A DNA stretch of 64,000 nucleotides from NCBI GenBank assembly GCA_963662355.1, contig OY759361.1, forward strand, positions 456,031-520,030. Reading direction: 5' to 3'. The translations under genes and the position numbers were made by a program. Source of the DNA: Gammaproteobacteria bacterium. GTDB taxonomy: Bacteria > Pseudomonadota > Gammaproteobacteria > UBA4575. This document shows positions 29,604 to 40,677 of the stretch, one piece after another; position 1 is the first letter of the stretch; each line of letters starts with the position of its first letter. The notes under the pieces were generated by a model. That model was not told the DNA's origin. It ran no database searches and saw only the letters and a program-made list of their open reading frames with translations.

Positions 29604-30605
29604 TCACAAATCCTTAACCTGCTGTTCGAAAGCGCGGTGCATTTTGTTTAAATGCTTCACCAGCCACTCGTGCTGCCGGGACCAGTCCGACTCATCCTTC
29701 GGGTCTGCGTCACGGAAATAGTTCGATATCCGGCACTCGCTTGCGCCCGGTTTTTGATCTCCCCATTCAAGCTGATAGCCCAATCCCCGCTCGGTCTCAT
29801 CTTTTTTCTGCTCGAGGACAGCAAGTCGCTCCTCAGCAACATCCATGCCTGAAAGGTAGAGCGAAACCCGGACGTACTTCTCTGAGGTATGCATCGCGGC
29901 CACGAGCCCAAAACCGGCGACCCCGATAGGGTAACTCATCCATGACGATGGCATTGGTTTACGGTTGCCACGAACCGGCCCACCTACAGCATCTAGCCTG
30001 TTATGAAGTTCAGCCCAGTATTCCCTTTGCATGAGTTTTAGTTCAGACAATTCGGCATCACTCGTTTCACGGACTGCCCGTGACCAGTCGTTCGGCATTG
30101 AAACGATGTTGAATTTTGGCGCAGCTGGTGAATCCCCGATTCGCCACAATTCTATTTCCAGTCCGAAAAAACGGGAGTCCTGGTGCGTGATTTCATTCAG
30201 CCAGTCAAGAGTCGCTCGATGTTCGTCCCTGAACCTATCCGCCAACCATACGACTATGACGGCTTGCAGGCCTGCAGCATAAGTCAACAGCTTGCCAAGA
30301 TGATCATGATCGGTCTGCTCGAGTTGATTTTCGATCAACACCAAGGCTTCCGTGCCGGTATCCCTACAAACAATGTCAGCTCGGAATGAACCAACCTCTT
30401 TTTCCACCGTGACAAGCTCAAGGTTGAGTCCAAGCGTTTCACTGAGGACTACGAGATTTTCCGGTTCGGCAAGCCATGGTGTGAACCCTGTTGGTTCACT
30501 CGCCCATATGGTTCGAAGGTCAACAGGATGAAGACGGCCAAGAGATTGATCGTTGATGGTAGACACACTCTTATTCCTTTGTTGTACTGCAAAGTTGCAG
30601 ATCAT
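29604..30605 (-). CDS. DUF4268 protein with N-terminal PD-(D/E)xK-like nuclease region
   Basis: FTPWLAE, GSFRADI, VLIENQLEQTDHDHLGKLLTYAAG; start may lie a few codons downstream. Confidence 0.82.
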   Translation of the reverse strand: MICNFAVQQRNKSVSTINDQSLGRLHPVDLRTIWASEPTGFTPWLAEPENLVVLSETLGLNLELVTVEKEVGSFRADIVCRDTGTEALVLIENQLEQTDHDHLGKLLTYAAGLQAVIVVWLADRFRDEHRATLDWLNEITHQDSRFFGLEIELWRIGDSPAAPKFNIVSMPNDWSRAVRETSDAELSELKLMQREYWAELHNRLDAVGGPVRGNRKPMPSSWMSYPIGVAGFGLVAAMHTSEKYVRVSLYLSGMDVAEERLAVLEQKKDETERGLGYQLEWGDQKPGASECRISNYFRDADPKDESDWSRQHEWLVKHLNKMHRAFEQQVKDL

Positions 30606-30755
30606 ACTTCACCTCAACCAAACTGCAAGAATATCAGGCGAGTGCAGCGAGTTCTCAACAGCCCTAGTTTAGCCAAAGGATTTGTACCAGTCCTGTATGT
30701 GCTCAGATATAATTTAGTGCGTTCAGACTCTACGATTTAGACTAGAAATAAAATT

Positions 30756-31775
30756 ATGGAAGACAATGAGCGCTCACCGTTAGAGGATGCTGATCGTGAA
30801 CTCGAAGATCAGCTTTTGACAGTTGTCAAAAAAACTGTTCCCACCCTACGTGTTGCTAAAAATTTAGCAAAGGTTTTACACCGACTTTCATCTATTGGAT
30901 CAGATACTTTTGTGACTGCTCTTGAGGCGGGGAAGTCCTGGTTTCAACTAAAGAAAGCTCGGAATGAGTACCTCATTGCTCAACTTGCAGAACTTCCTAA
31001 AGGCCAATCGGCGATTGGTGTCCAAGTTGCCGAGAGATTGATCAAAGAACAGCGCCGTATCGACCAGCTTGTCTTTGCAGCTATAGAACATGTCCAAACC
31101 TCTGACCATTCAGCCCCTTCTGAAGATGGAAATGATGAAATAGATGATGATTGGATCGAGTGCTTCAGGAGAGAAGCAGCTGATCGAAGTTTGGGGAAAA
31201 TGCGAGAAACCTTTGCACGAATCTTAGCAGGAGAGATTCACCAGCCAGGAACTTTCTCGATTAAGACACTACGAACGGTTGGGGCTCTCAGCCAATCAAC
31301 AGCAAGCTTGTTTCGCAGAGCCGCATCATTACGTGTCGGCATGAATATCGCCACACTTAACGATAGCGGTACTTCTCGTATTGTGCATTCGGATGCTCGT
31401 ATCCCATCGCTTGGAGGAGATTTGGGCGACAATTATCTGGAAAGTGAAGGTTTACCCTATATATACCTGTTAGAACTCACAGAAAGTGGCCTCCTCCATC
31501 ACGAGTATGACTCTTGGCACAAGTACCGGATAATGTTGCCAAATTCGCAGCTCAAACAGGGTATGGTTGCATGGGTTATTCATCAAGATCAAAAATGGAA
31601 GTTAGTTCCTATGCCTAAGTTTTCTGGGGGATCGGATCTGAAGATCTATGGAGCCAAATTTACGAATGTTGGTTTTGAGCTTCTTCAAATCGTGGACATT
31701 GAAAAAGACGCCAAATTCTTAAACAAAGTTCACGCTTTTTTTAAGAAGCAACATCTTGAGATGGTTGAGTATTAG
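30756..31775 (+). CDS. DUF2806-family protein
   Basis: 'IDDDWI..F...A...S...M...FARILAGEI.QPGTFS.KTL'. Confidence 0.78.
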   Translation: MEDNERSPLEDADRELEDQLLTVVKKTVPTLRVAKNLAKVLHRLSSIGSDTFVTALEAGKSWFQLKKARNEYLIAQLAELPKGQSAIGVQVAERLIKEQRRIDQLVFAAIEHVQTSDHSAPSEDGNDEIDDDWIECFRREAADRSLGKMRETFARILAGEIHQPGTFSIKTLRTVGALSQSTASLFRRAASLRVGMNIATLNDSGTSRIVHSDARIPSLGGDLGDNYLESEGLPYIYLLELTESGLLHHEYDSWHKYRIMLPNSQLKQGMVAWVIHQDQKWKLVPMPKFSGGSDLKIYGAKFTNVGFELLQIVDIEKDAKFLNKVHAFFKKQHLEMVEY

Positions 31776-31931
31776 CCTAATATGCTAGGCTAACCTACTG
31801 CATTGAGTTAATGAGGTAAAACTAAATGTCCTGATTGCCCCAATTTATGCATGGCTATAAATTACTGACTTCACAGGCTTTCAAAATTTTATCTGTTTAC
31901 AACCTAGCTCACTTGAGGGGTGCTTAAAAAA

Positions 31932-32512
31932 TCAGGTGCAGCAACATTTCATCCACGGATCAGCTTCCAGTTCCACACGTAACTTTGTCCTAACTTCCAC
32001 CGGTGCCCTCCAGATGTATTCTTTTGCCTCCAGCTGTCCCATGGGGGACAGCCCTTTTAAATGCTTGATAGCATTCTCAATTGTAAAATACTCTCTTGTG
32101 CGTTTTTGAAAATTGCTTTCGAGGGCCGTCCACACAACAGCTTCAAAGCCCCTATGTTTACCCCACTCCCAATATGATCTACCAACTTATGAGCAGAACA
32201 GCTACCATTTATTGACCAAAATCCAATGTCTCTCCAACTTGTTCCTTCTCTGTCCTTCAAGTCGCAGACAGCATCTTCGAAATGTTTACGCTTGCTAAAT
32301 GCATACCGAAAGTAACATTCGGTACCGTTATCTCCATCAATGACAAGCGTAAGAGCATCTTTTCTTGACTTAGAGACCCGAGAGAATTCTATCGGGAGTT
32401 TCAAGTCTTTCACCGACTCCCACTTACTTTCTCGCCAGCGATCAAATTCTTTTCCTTTCTCCGTATCCTGATCCCAGATTAGGGAACCCCATCCTAAAAT
32501 TGCAATTTTCAT
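31932..32512 (-). pseudogene. Frameshifted gene, gamma-glutamylcyclotransferase-like N-terminus
   Basis: MKIAILGWGSLIW...LPIEFSR...REGT continues in another frame as WTALESNF...EYI.RAP; shift near 32160. Confidence 0.6.
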
Positions 32513-32885
32513 TGACTCGTATTTCCTTAAGGTTTCATTATGAGCATGTGCCACAAGCTATGGATTGTGAAAAATCTGCAGTCGGGTTATTTGTCGCCAA
32601 TTAAATTTTTGATTAGAGGATGGGATTTTCCAACGACTTTTAAACTTTGGACTTATATTTTGTTTTTACCTGGATACAGCAAACCTAAGTTCTCTACAAT
32701 CCAGTAACATCTTCATAAGGTTTTTCAGATAAGCACTCTGATTTCCCGGTACGTTACCGGAACACTGAACAGTTATCACCGCTTGCACTCAACTAGGCTA
32801 ACACATTGAATCAACAAGATTTACACTAGTCGTAACGGATGTCCCCTGCTTTAATAAAAACAATAACATATGAAATTTACTGGCT

Positions 32886-32930
32886 CTCATAATCCTTTGG
32901 TCGTAGGTTCGAGTCCTACCGGGCCCACCA
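32886..32930 (+). repeat. attR, duplicated 3' half of tRNA-Ile ending CCA
   Basis: CTCATAATCCTTTGGTCGTAGGTTCGAGTCCTACCGGGCCCACCA. Confidence 0.95.
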
Positions 32931-33010
32931 CATTTGTCAACAAGATAAGAATTAACAGTCCGATGACTCACTGACTTCTTAATCCCATTTGTTTCCAACG
33001 GATCGAGTAC

Positions 33011-36000
33011 CTATAGCTGGCTAGAGCTTTCTGCCCCGGCTAGCAGGGATGCGTTGCCGCCGGCTGCCGTAGTGTCTACGCATACATGCCGTTCAACTAC
33101 ATAGCGTTCACCCGCCGCAGTCTCGCTGATCAGCGGCAGAATCGGACCTGGGCGCCGGGCCAGCGCCACCCGCAATGTCGCCAAGACGTTGTAATCGGCG
33201 CAGCAGGCAACGGCGGCGATACCGTCGAGCGTCGACAGTGCTTCCGGAGCAAGCTGTCCGTCCAGGACCAACACCCGGGAATCATTGCTCCAGGAGGCAA
33301 ACGCCGCCGGCGCGCCGTCAGCAATCACAATGGCAGCATTTCCGGCATCGAGGGCAACTGCGAGCTGCGCACCCGCCGCTTCCACGCCGGGACCCAGGCA
33401 CAGCACTACTCCGCGCGGCGCAAATGCAAGCCGGTTTGATTCACCGGTCGGGCCCGGGAGATCCAACGGTGCAAATTGGAAATGCCCATCATGTCCGCTT
33501 TCTCCCTGCTGAAGCTGATCGGCGTCCGCTGCATCATCCTGACGGGAGCAGCGGACACTCCCGATTGCGCCGGAGCGCCCGGTTGCAGCGCCCGCCCCCG
33601 CACCGCGGCGATGCCGATACGACTTGAGGTCCCGTGCAACTTTGGAAACCGCTCGCTGGAGCTGTCCGTTGTCGACCACCGCACCTCCCGGAACGCCGCT
33701 AGCCGCAGAGGCATCGGCAATCAGTCGCCGCACATAGTGTGGACCACCCGCCTTCGGCCCGGTCCCGCTTTCGCCCTCGCCGCCGAAGGGCTGAGAACCC
33801 ACAATCGCACCGATCTGGTTGCGATTGACATAAATATTTCCGGCGCGCACACGGTCGACGACATGCCGTACGCGATCCTCGATGCGCGTGTGCAGTCCGA
33901 AGGTGAGACCGTATCCGGCTGCATTGACGGCGTTGAGGACGAAGTCTATATCTTCTGCGGCGTAAGTCGCGACGTGCAGCACCGGTCCGAAGATCTCTTC
34001 ACCAAGCGCCTCGATACCCTCCACCCGCAATACAGCCGGCGGCACGAACCGGCCCGTGCCCGGCCCCGGCGCACGCTTCACCAGCCGGCCTTCGCATTCG
34101 GCGTCTTTGCAGTAGTCTTCAATGCGATCCCGCGCCTCGTCATCGATAACCGGCCCGATGTCAGTGGCGAGATCCCAGGGATCGCCGATGCGCAGTTCGT
34201 CGATCGCGCCGTACAGCATCTCGAGGATCCGTTCCTCGACTTCTCGCTGGACATAGAGGATGCGCAGCGCGGAACAGCGCTGGCCGGCGCTCTGGAAAGC
34301 GGAAGCGACGATGTCACGCACCGCCTGCTCGGGCAGCGCGGTGGAATCGACGAGCATCGCATTCAGGCCGCCTGTCTCGGCGATCAGTGGCGCGTCTGGC
34401 GCAAGGCGCTCCGCCATCGCAAGATTGATGCGTCGCGCGGTCTCGATCGAACCGGTGAAGCAAACGCCATCGATGCGCGGGTCAGACACCAGCACCGCCC
34501 CCACCCTCACGCCGTCGCCGGGCAATAACTGCAACACATCCCTCGGAATACCGGCCTCGTGCATCAAGGCGACCGCGCGCGCCGCGATCAGCGGCGTTTT
34601 CTCGGACGGCTTTGCGATGACAGCGTTACCGGCAGCCAGCGCGGCGAGTATTTGCCCGGAGAAGATTGCGAGCGGAAAGTTCCAAGGAGAAATACAGGCA
34701 ATGACCCCGCGCGTGGGGCATTCGCCGGTACCACATTCCCGGATCGCCTCATTTGCGTAAAAGCGGGCGAAGTCGCATGCCTCGCGCACTTCCCCGACAC
34801 CGTCGGGCAGGGTCTTGCCCGCCTCCCGCGCCACCAGTGCAAACAGTTCCGGAGCGTGCATCTCGTAAAGATCGGCCACGCGGCGCACGCGATCCGCCCG
34901 GTCCTCGACCCCCAACGAAGTCCAGGCCGTTGCACCGTTGCGGGCCACCTCTATTGCCGCCACGATATCCGCTGGTGCCGATTCCGTGACATAGCCTACG
35001 ATATCGTCGGGACGGGCCGGATTCCGAACTTCCCGACACTCCGCTCCGGTGTGCAATCCCGCGACGGATGGCCCCGCCTCCCACCTGGCGGATCGGAACC
35101 GCTCGCGTTCGTCATTGATCGCGGCCAGTTGCACTGGATCGGTAAGATCCCAACCCTTCGAGTTTCGGCGTTCGGGCAGAAAAATGTCCGCGGGCGCGGC
35201 GATGCGTGAATTAGCAACCGAGTTGCCGAGCCGCTCGGCCACCGTCACCGGGTCCTGAGCGATTTCCTCCGGCGTCACGTTTGGGTCGACAATCTGTTTC
35301 ACAAACGAACTGTTGGCACCGTTTTCAAGCAGGCGCCGGACAAGATAAGGGAGCAGATCATGATAGGCACCAACCGGTGCATAAACCCGGCACCGGACGC
35401 CGTGCGCCGTGCGCACCGCCTCGTGCAGGGCTTCACCCATCCCGTGCAGACGCTGGAACTCGAAAAGCGAAGTATCGTCGGCCATGTGCAGCACTGCTGC
35501 AATGGTGTGCGCGTTATGGGTTGCGAACTGCGGATAGATGCGGTCTGTCATGCTGAGAAGCTTGCGTGTACAGGCAAGATAGGAAACATCGGTACCCGCC
35601 TTGCGGGTGAAGACCGGGAAACCGTCAAGGCCAAGGGTCTGTGCGCGCTTGATCTCACTGTCCCAGTACGCGCCCTTGACGAGCCGAACCATGATGCGGC
35701 GTTCCAGTTGCCCCGCCAGTTCATAGAGCCAGTCGACAACGTAGGGTGCCCGCTTGCCGTAGGCCTGCACCACGACCCCAAAACCGTCCCAGCCGGCAAG
35801 CGCGGGATCCACCAGCACGGCTTCGACGACGTCTAGCGAAAGGTCGAGCCGGTCCGCCTCTTCGGCATCCACGTTCAGGCCAATGCCAGCTGACTTGGCA
35901 AGCAGGGCGAGCGAATGCAGGCGCTCGACCAGCTCGGTCAGCACCCGGTCCCGTTGCCCGAACTCGTAACGCGCATGCAAGGCGGAAAGCTTGACCGATA

Positions 36001-36721
36001 CGCCCGACCGCTCGCGAATCCCAGTCAAACCATCCTGGTTGACGAGGGCAGCTATCGAGTTGGAGTAGTCAAGGTGGTACCGGCGTGCCTCCGCCTCGGT
36101 AAGGGCCGCCTCGCCCAGCATGTCATACGAATAGTTGTAGCCTTTTGCCTCCATTGCTGCAGCCCGCGCGCGCGCCTCGTCCATATCGCGCCCGAGCACG
36201 AAGTGCTGCTCGAGCTCGCGCATCGCATGGGCAACCGCAACGCGGATGACCGGTTCGCCGAGGCGCTTGACGGCCTGATGGAGCACTCCGGCCAGCCCGC
36301 CTTGTACGTTGCCGAGCACCTTGCCGGTCAGGAGCAGGGCCCAGGTTGTAGCGTTGACCATCAGTGAGGCTGAATGACCGAGGTGCGCTGCCCAGTCCGA
36401 CGCACCGATCTTGTCTTCGATCAGTGCGTCGACGGTTTCCGTATCCGGAACCCGCAGGAGCGCCTCGGCCAGGCACATGAGTGCCACACCCTCGCGGCTC
36501 GACAGTCCGTACTCAACGAGAAAGCCTTGCATAAGCGAGGCTCCGGCACTTGCCCGTACGCTGTGAACCAGCTCGACTGCACGCGCAACGATCACGTCCC
36601 TATCAGTTCCGGTGAGCCCGGCGGCGGCAATACCTTCGCGTACCGCGCCGGCTTCCTCCACGAGGGTTGCCGCACGCATTGACGCCCGAATTTCCGACAG
36701 TCGCTGTGGCTGGTGGATCAT
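33011..36721 (-). CDS. putA: Bifunctional proline dehydrogenase / P5C dehydrogenase
   Basis: SYDMLGE, RLVKGAYWD, RRLLENGANSSF, ETGG, SAGQRCSALR and DTTAAGGNASL. Confidence 0.97.
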   Translation of the reverse strand: MIHQPQRLSEIRASMRAATLVEEAGAVREGIAAAGLTGTDRDVIVARAVELVHSVRASAGASLMQGFLVEYGLSSREGVALMCLAEALLRVPDTETVDALIEDKIGASDWAAHLGHSASLMVNATTWALLLTGKVLGNVQGGLAGVLHQAVKRLGEPVIRVAVAHAMRELEQHFVLGRDMDEARARAAAMEAKGYNYSYDMLGEAALTEAEARRYHLDYSNSIAALVNQDGLTGIRERSGVSVKLSALHARYEFGQRDRVLTELVERLHSLALLAKSAGIGLNVDAEEADRLDLSLDVVEAVLVDPALAGWDGFGVVVQAYGKRAPYVVDWLYELAGQLERRIMVRLVKGAYWDSEIKRAQTLGLDGFPVFTRKAGTDVSYLACTRKLLSMTDRIYPQFATHNAHTIAAVLHMADDTSLFEFQRLHGMGEALHEAVRTAHGVRCRVYAPVGAYHDLLPYLVRRLLENGANSSFVKQIVDPNVTPEEIAQDPVTVAERLGNSVANSRIAAPADIFLPERRNSKGWDLTDPVQLAAINDERERFRSARWEAGPSVAGLHTGAECREVRNPARPDDIVGYVTESAPADIVAAIEVARNGATAWTSLGVEDRADRVRRVADLYEMHAPELFALVAREAGKTLPDGVGEVREACDFARFYANEAIRECGTGECPTRGVIACISPWNFPLAIFSGQILAALAAGNAVIAKPSEKTPLIAARAVALMHEAGIPRDVLQLLPGDGVRVGAVLVSDPRIDGVCFTGSIETARRINLAMAERLAPDAPLIAETGGLNAMLVDSTALPEQAVRDIVASAFQSAGQRCSALRILYVQREVEERILEMLYGAIDELRIGDPWDLATDIGPVIDDEARDRIEDYCKDAECEGRLVKRAPGPGTGRFVPPAVLRVEGIEALGEEIFGPVLHVATYAAEDIDFVLNAVNAAGYGLTFGLHTRIEDRVRHVVDRVRAGNIYVNRNQIGAIVGSQPFGGEGESGTGPKAGGPHYVRRLIADASAASGVPGGAVVDNGQLQRAVSKVARDLKSYRHRRGAGAGAATGRSGAIGSVRCSRQDDAADADQLQQGESGHDGHFQFAPLDLPGPTGESNRLAFAPRGVVLCLGPGVEAAGAQLAVALDAGNAAIVIADGAPAAFASWSNDSRVLVLDGQLAPEALSTLDGIAAVACCADYNVLATLRVALARRPGPILPLISETAAGERYVVERHVCVDTTAAGGNASLLAGAESSSQL

Positions 36722-37327
36722 GAGCGCGAGTAAACCGGTAGCTTACTGGTTATGCGGGAGCAAGTGATATTCAGTACGGTTAGCATAAATCATGTTGATT
36801 CAACAGCTTTTAGCCAGACCCAGGTAATGAAAACTTGAAGGTGTACTGAAGATGTTCTGAAAATCCAATTATATGCACTATCGCAGCATACAGATTAATG
36901 CTGTTTCCATTGCTGTAACTATATACCAGGATTTGGCCGGGAAGGGACATAACATGCCCACCAGTTCCCATGCGCTGGAGAAACCTTGCATTACGGAATA
37001 CCAGCCCGAACGGCGGCGTGGAACATTCCCTGAATCACCTGTTCCCGTGCATGCTCGAAAACCCGGCCCGCAGCATGTTGCCCTCATCGACTCTCAGCTG
37101 ATGCGGCATAATGCCTGCAACCGGCTCGCGTCTCGCACGGAAACTGAGCAGAACTTGAAGCGCCTGTACGGGCATGTTAGGGTCGGGGCTTGTTATGCAT
37201 TGCACCCAGAATGCTTGGCGCTACCTGATTCAGGCAGCGGGTGGAAATCGAAGTCAATGGAGGGGGTTGCCGGGCGGCTAGTGTATCAAGCCGGGCCTGA
37301 CTGAACCTCTCGAACCAGGGAGGACCT

Positions 37328-38200
37328 ATGCAAAGCGGCTCCGACTTTTCGGGCATCAATGAGGCCAAGCACAGGATGGATCATATCTATGATCACTGTG
37401 ACCCGCGGCTTTACTGCTCCACACTTGAACACCTGAACTACTCCATCCCTGACAACGCCAAGCCGATTTGCCAGGCGCTGATAGAACAGCTTCGCAAGCG
37501 CCTGAATCGTGACACCGTTCACGTCATCGATCTGGGTTGCTCATACGGGGTCAATGCCGCCTTGCTGAAGTATGACCTGTCGATGGAGGATTTGTATGCG
37601 CGCTGGGATATCGATCGCAGGGGAGACGATTCGTGCAAGGAGATTATCCAGTCAGAACAGGAATATTTCGAAAACCTGGATCAAGCGGACAAACTGGAGA
37701 TTACCGGGATTGATCCGGCCCGGAATGCGATCAACTTCGCCGAAGAAACGGGGCTGGTGGATACGGGACTTGCCGTGGACCTTGAGTCAGAGCCCTTTCC
37801 CGAACCAGTCGAGCAAGGCCTGGCCTCCGCTGATCTGCTGATGTCCACCGGTTGCGTGGGGTACGTGACGGAGAAAAGTTTTGATCGCCTGATGCCGGCG
37901 ATCTCCCGGGAACAGCCCGCATGGATCGCCAATTTCGTGCTTCGGATTTTTCCCTATCAACCGATACAGAATTGCCTGGAAACATGGGGATACGAGACAG
38001 AAAAGCTTGAGGACAAAACCTTCTTGCAACGCAAGGTAGCTTCTACCGATGAGCAGGAAAAGATCATCAGGCAACTCAGGGATCGCAATATCGATCCTTC
38101 AGGACAGGAGGCGGACGGAAACCTCATGGCCGAGTTTTACCTGTCACGCCCCACTGAAGAGGTCAGGCAGCAGCCGCTCCATCAACTCCTCCAGCCTTAG
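37328..38200 (+). CDS. SAM-dependent methyltransferase-like protein
   Basis: VIDLGCSYG motif I; ITGID; STGCVGY; RBS GGAGG. Confidence 0.75.
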   Translation: MQSGSDFSGINEAKHRMDHIYDHCDPRLYCSTLEHLNYSIPDNAKPICQALIEQLRKRLNRDTVHVIDLGCSYGVNAALLKYDLSMEDLYARWDIDRRGDDSCKEIIQSEQEYFENLDQADKLEITGIDPARNAINFAEETGLVDTGLAVDLESEPFPEPVEQGLASADLLMSTGCVGYVTEKSFDRLMPAISREQPAWIANFVLRIFPYQPIQNCLETWGYETEKLEDKTFLQRKVASTDEQEKIIRQLRDRNIDPSGQEADGNLMAEFYLSRPTEEVRQQPLHQLLQP

Positions 38201-38443
38201 CGCACGACAACCTGTCGGCTGAAATCCGTTGTGAACCCAGCGTGCCCTCACGGTGTCTAACCAATAGGGAACACGGTACCGGTCAGGGGATGAGTGGTTT
38301 TTCATGCCCGGGTCCATAGGGATCGCCTGACAGTCCGTCAGTATGTTCCCGAAAACCGGCGCACAGCCAGGCTTCATACCCGCAACTAGCGGTGCTACCC
38401 TGACTGACAGCCAAAATACAATCCCGACACAGGAATACGCATT

Positions 38444-38749
38444 ATGAATGTAAAATCTGTTGCACTGTCAGCACTGCTGGTGCTGATCCCCGCTATATCT
38501 GCTGCAGGCTTGTCCGGTGGCGGAGGCGGAATGGGCCTGGAAGACGGTCTTTTCTGGGGGGCTGACCTGGACCGCAATGAACGCCTGGACCCATCCGAGG
38601 CCAAGGCAGTGTACAACCTGTCTGAACCCGAAATTTTCAGCCGGTTTGATGAAAACGGAAATGGCTCGATCAGCCGGGTCGAGTTTTCGGAATTCATGCA
38701 GCACTCGCCATGGACCGACCCGTTCGTCCATCCCGCCAACGCCGAATAA
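38444..38749 (+). CDS. Secreted EF-hand protein
   Basis: Signal peptide; loops DLDRNERLDPSE and DENGNGSISRVE. Confidence 0.75.
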   Translation: MNVKSVALSALLVLIPAISAAGLSGGGGGMGLEDGLFWGADLDRNERLDPSEAKAVYNLSEPEIFSRFDENGNGSISRVEFSEFMQHSPWTDPFVHPANAE

Positions 38750-38766
38750 GCACCCAGGGCCTTCGT

Positions 38767-40677
38767 TCAGCTCCCGATCTCTCTCCCCTGGTCATGCGTT
38801 ACCGCGATCACGGCGGGACGTGGCGGCAGACGCTCATCAAAGTCTGGCCAGCGGGTTGAGGGACGGTCAAAACTGGATCGTTCACCCGGATGCTGCACGG
38901 AACAAAACATCGTCTTGTAGTCAGGCGTAAAACAGGGACTGCAAATCTCTGCACCTCTCGGGGCACGCAGGAAGTGCCTGGGCAGCGCGCGGTCCGGACC
39001 CTGTGTGACACTCACCCAGATGCCATCGGCAATGCCCTCGTCGTTAAAACCGTCGGTGGCAATCCAGAGATTGCCAGCACGGTCGAATGAACAGTTGTCC
39101 GGATTCGAGAACCACCCGTTCCCGGTCACGCCGGCGTGATACCGGGCCCCGTCCGCCTCGTTTCCCGGATTCCCCGCAAGCATGAAGGTCTCCCATCTGT
39201 ACTCCCGGGCACTGTGATCGTTGTGCGGTGCGATCAGCTCGAGAATATGGCCATGCCGGTTGGAGGCCCGCGGATTGGCGCGGTCCACCTCGTGCATGGT
39301 TCGCCGGGTGTTGTTGGTGAGCACGGCAAAAACATGTCCCGTAACCGGGCTGACCTTGATCTCTTCGGGACGGTCCATGGGCGTGGCCCCCGCCAGGTCG
39401 GCGGCCCGGCGCATATCGAGTACCACATCGGCCGGGCTGGCAAACCCGTTGGCAGGCACGTGCATCCCGGTGCCCCACACCATGGGGTTCCAGATGACTG
39501 TGCCTGACTCGGTGAACTCGGCTACCGACAGCTCCCCCCTGTCCAGCAAGGACAGGTTGTGCGCCCGGTCGCCGGGGCGGTACTGGTCCCGGCTGACGAA
39601 ACGGTAGATGTATTCAAATCTCTGGTCATCCCCCATATACACGACCACGCGCCCGTCATGATTGATGACGATCCCGCAACCCTCATGCTTGCATCGTCCG
39701 AGGGCCGTTCGTTTGACCGGCATGAACGCCGGATCGTAGGGATCGATCTCAACGATCCATCCGGCATGCAGGCCCGCCTGCGGGTGCCGGTCCAGGTCCC
39801 AGTGTTCATGGAACCTGCCCCAGGCGGAACGGGCCGATTTCGTGCCCCGCAGGCCAAACCGCTTGTAGTTCTTGCGTTCGTCGGTCTTTCTCGCGCGCCC
39901 CATGAAATAGGACTGGACATTCTCTTCTGCCGTCAGCACGGTCCCCCAGGGGGTGCGACACCCCGCGCAGTTCCCGAAGGTCCCCAGACTCTGCAGGCCC
40001 TGGGGCGAGAAGGCTGTCCGGACTCTGCGGTCCCGCAGTGCCGGGCCGGAGAGGCGCATCACGGTCAGCGGTGTGATGCGGCGGTTGTACCCGGACTCGC
40101 GATGGACCCGCCAGGCATGACCCTGCTTGCGGACTTCCACCACCGACAGGCCATGGGCCTGCATCTCGGTATCTACCTGGGAGCGGGTCAGGTCGAACGC
40201 ATCGGGCGACCCCGGGTGCATCATTGAACTGGTCACGAACTCATGGTTCACCACCAGCAGGCCGGAAGCCGAGGAATCGGTACCGCGGGGCAGGGGCATC
40301 CAGGCGAGAAAATCGTTGTTGTACCCGAATTGCCTGGCCTGGGATTCGGGGCTCTGGTCGAAAGGATCGAATGCCGGCGCGTCCGCAAACAGCGGATCCC
40401 CCCAGCGCAGCAGCGCCTGGTACGAATAGCCTTGCGCCACATGCAGCGCCTCATCCAGGCCATGCGCCAGCTCGTCGAACACGGGACGTGCAGAAGCAGC
40501 GCTGGCATGCGCAAAATCCTGCAGCGAGACGTGCAGGCCGAGCAGGGCTGCACCCTGCAGCATGGTGCGCCGGCTGATCCGCTTTTCAAGAATTTCGCTG
40601 AAAGCGGTGCCGGTGTGCTCCCTTTTTGCGGGAATGTCGTCTGGATCGAATCCGGATGCCTGTGCCATGGTGCCCAC
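38767..40677 (-). CDS. phoX: PhoX-family alkaline phosphatase
   Basis: Tat motif SRRTML; FGYNND, VVNHE, TPWGT..TAEEN, MDRPE, NPDN and VQHPGE. Confidence 0.92.
   Translation of the reverse strand: MGTMAQASGFDPDDIPAKREHTGTAFSEILEKRISRRTMLQGAALLGLHVSLQDFAHASAASARPVFDELAHGLDEALHVAQGYSYQALLRWGDPLFADAPAFDPFDQSPESQARQFGYNNDFLAWMPLPRGTDSSASGLLVVNHEFVTSSMMHPGSPDAFDLTRSQVDTEMQAHGLSVVEVRKQGHAWRVHRESGYNRRITPLTVMRLSGPALRDRRVRTAFSPQGLQSLGTFGNCAGCRTPWGTVLTAEENVQSYFMGRARKTDERKNYKRFGLRGTKSARSAWGRFHEHWDLDRHPQAGLHAGWIVEIDPYDPAFMPVKRTALGRCKHEGCGIVINHDGRVVVYMGDDQRFEYIYRFVSRDQYRPGDRAHNLSLLDRGELSVAEFTESGTVIWNPMVWGTGMHVPANGFASPADVVLDMRRAADLAGATPMDRPEEIKVSPVTGHVFAVLTNNTRRTMHEVDRANPRASNRHGHILELIAPHNDHSAREYRWETFMLAGNPGNEADGARYHAGVTGNGWFSNPDNCSFDRAGNLWIATDGFNDEGIADGIWVSVTQGPDRALPRHFLRAPRGAEICSPCFTPDYKTMFCSVQHPGERSSFDRPSTRWPDFDERLPPRPAVIAVTHDQGREIGS

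Larger units (their letters stand above)
17541..32930. mobile_element. Integrative genomic island (15.4 kb) in tRNA-Ile
   Basis: att repeats, adjacent integrase, HTH/Rep/second recombinase module and defence-type cargo. Confidence 0.93.

Noticed and set aside
33460-33630. Odd Gly/Ala-rich segment in PutA suggesting a compensated frameshift
   Set aside because: Alternative frames do not look more PutA-like; probably a variable linker.
36722-37327. Riboswitch in the long putA-methyltransferase intergenic region
   Set aside because: No recognisable aptamer consensus or terminator architecture was seen.
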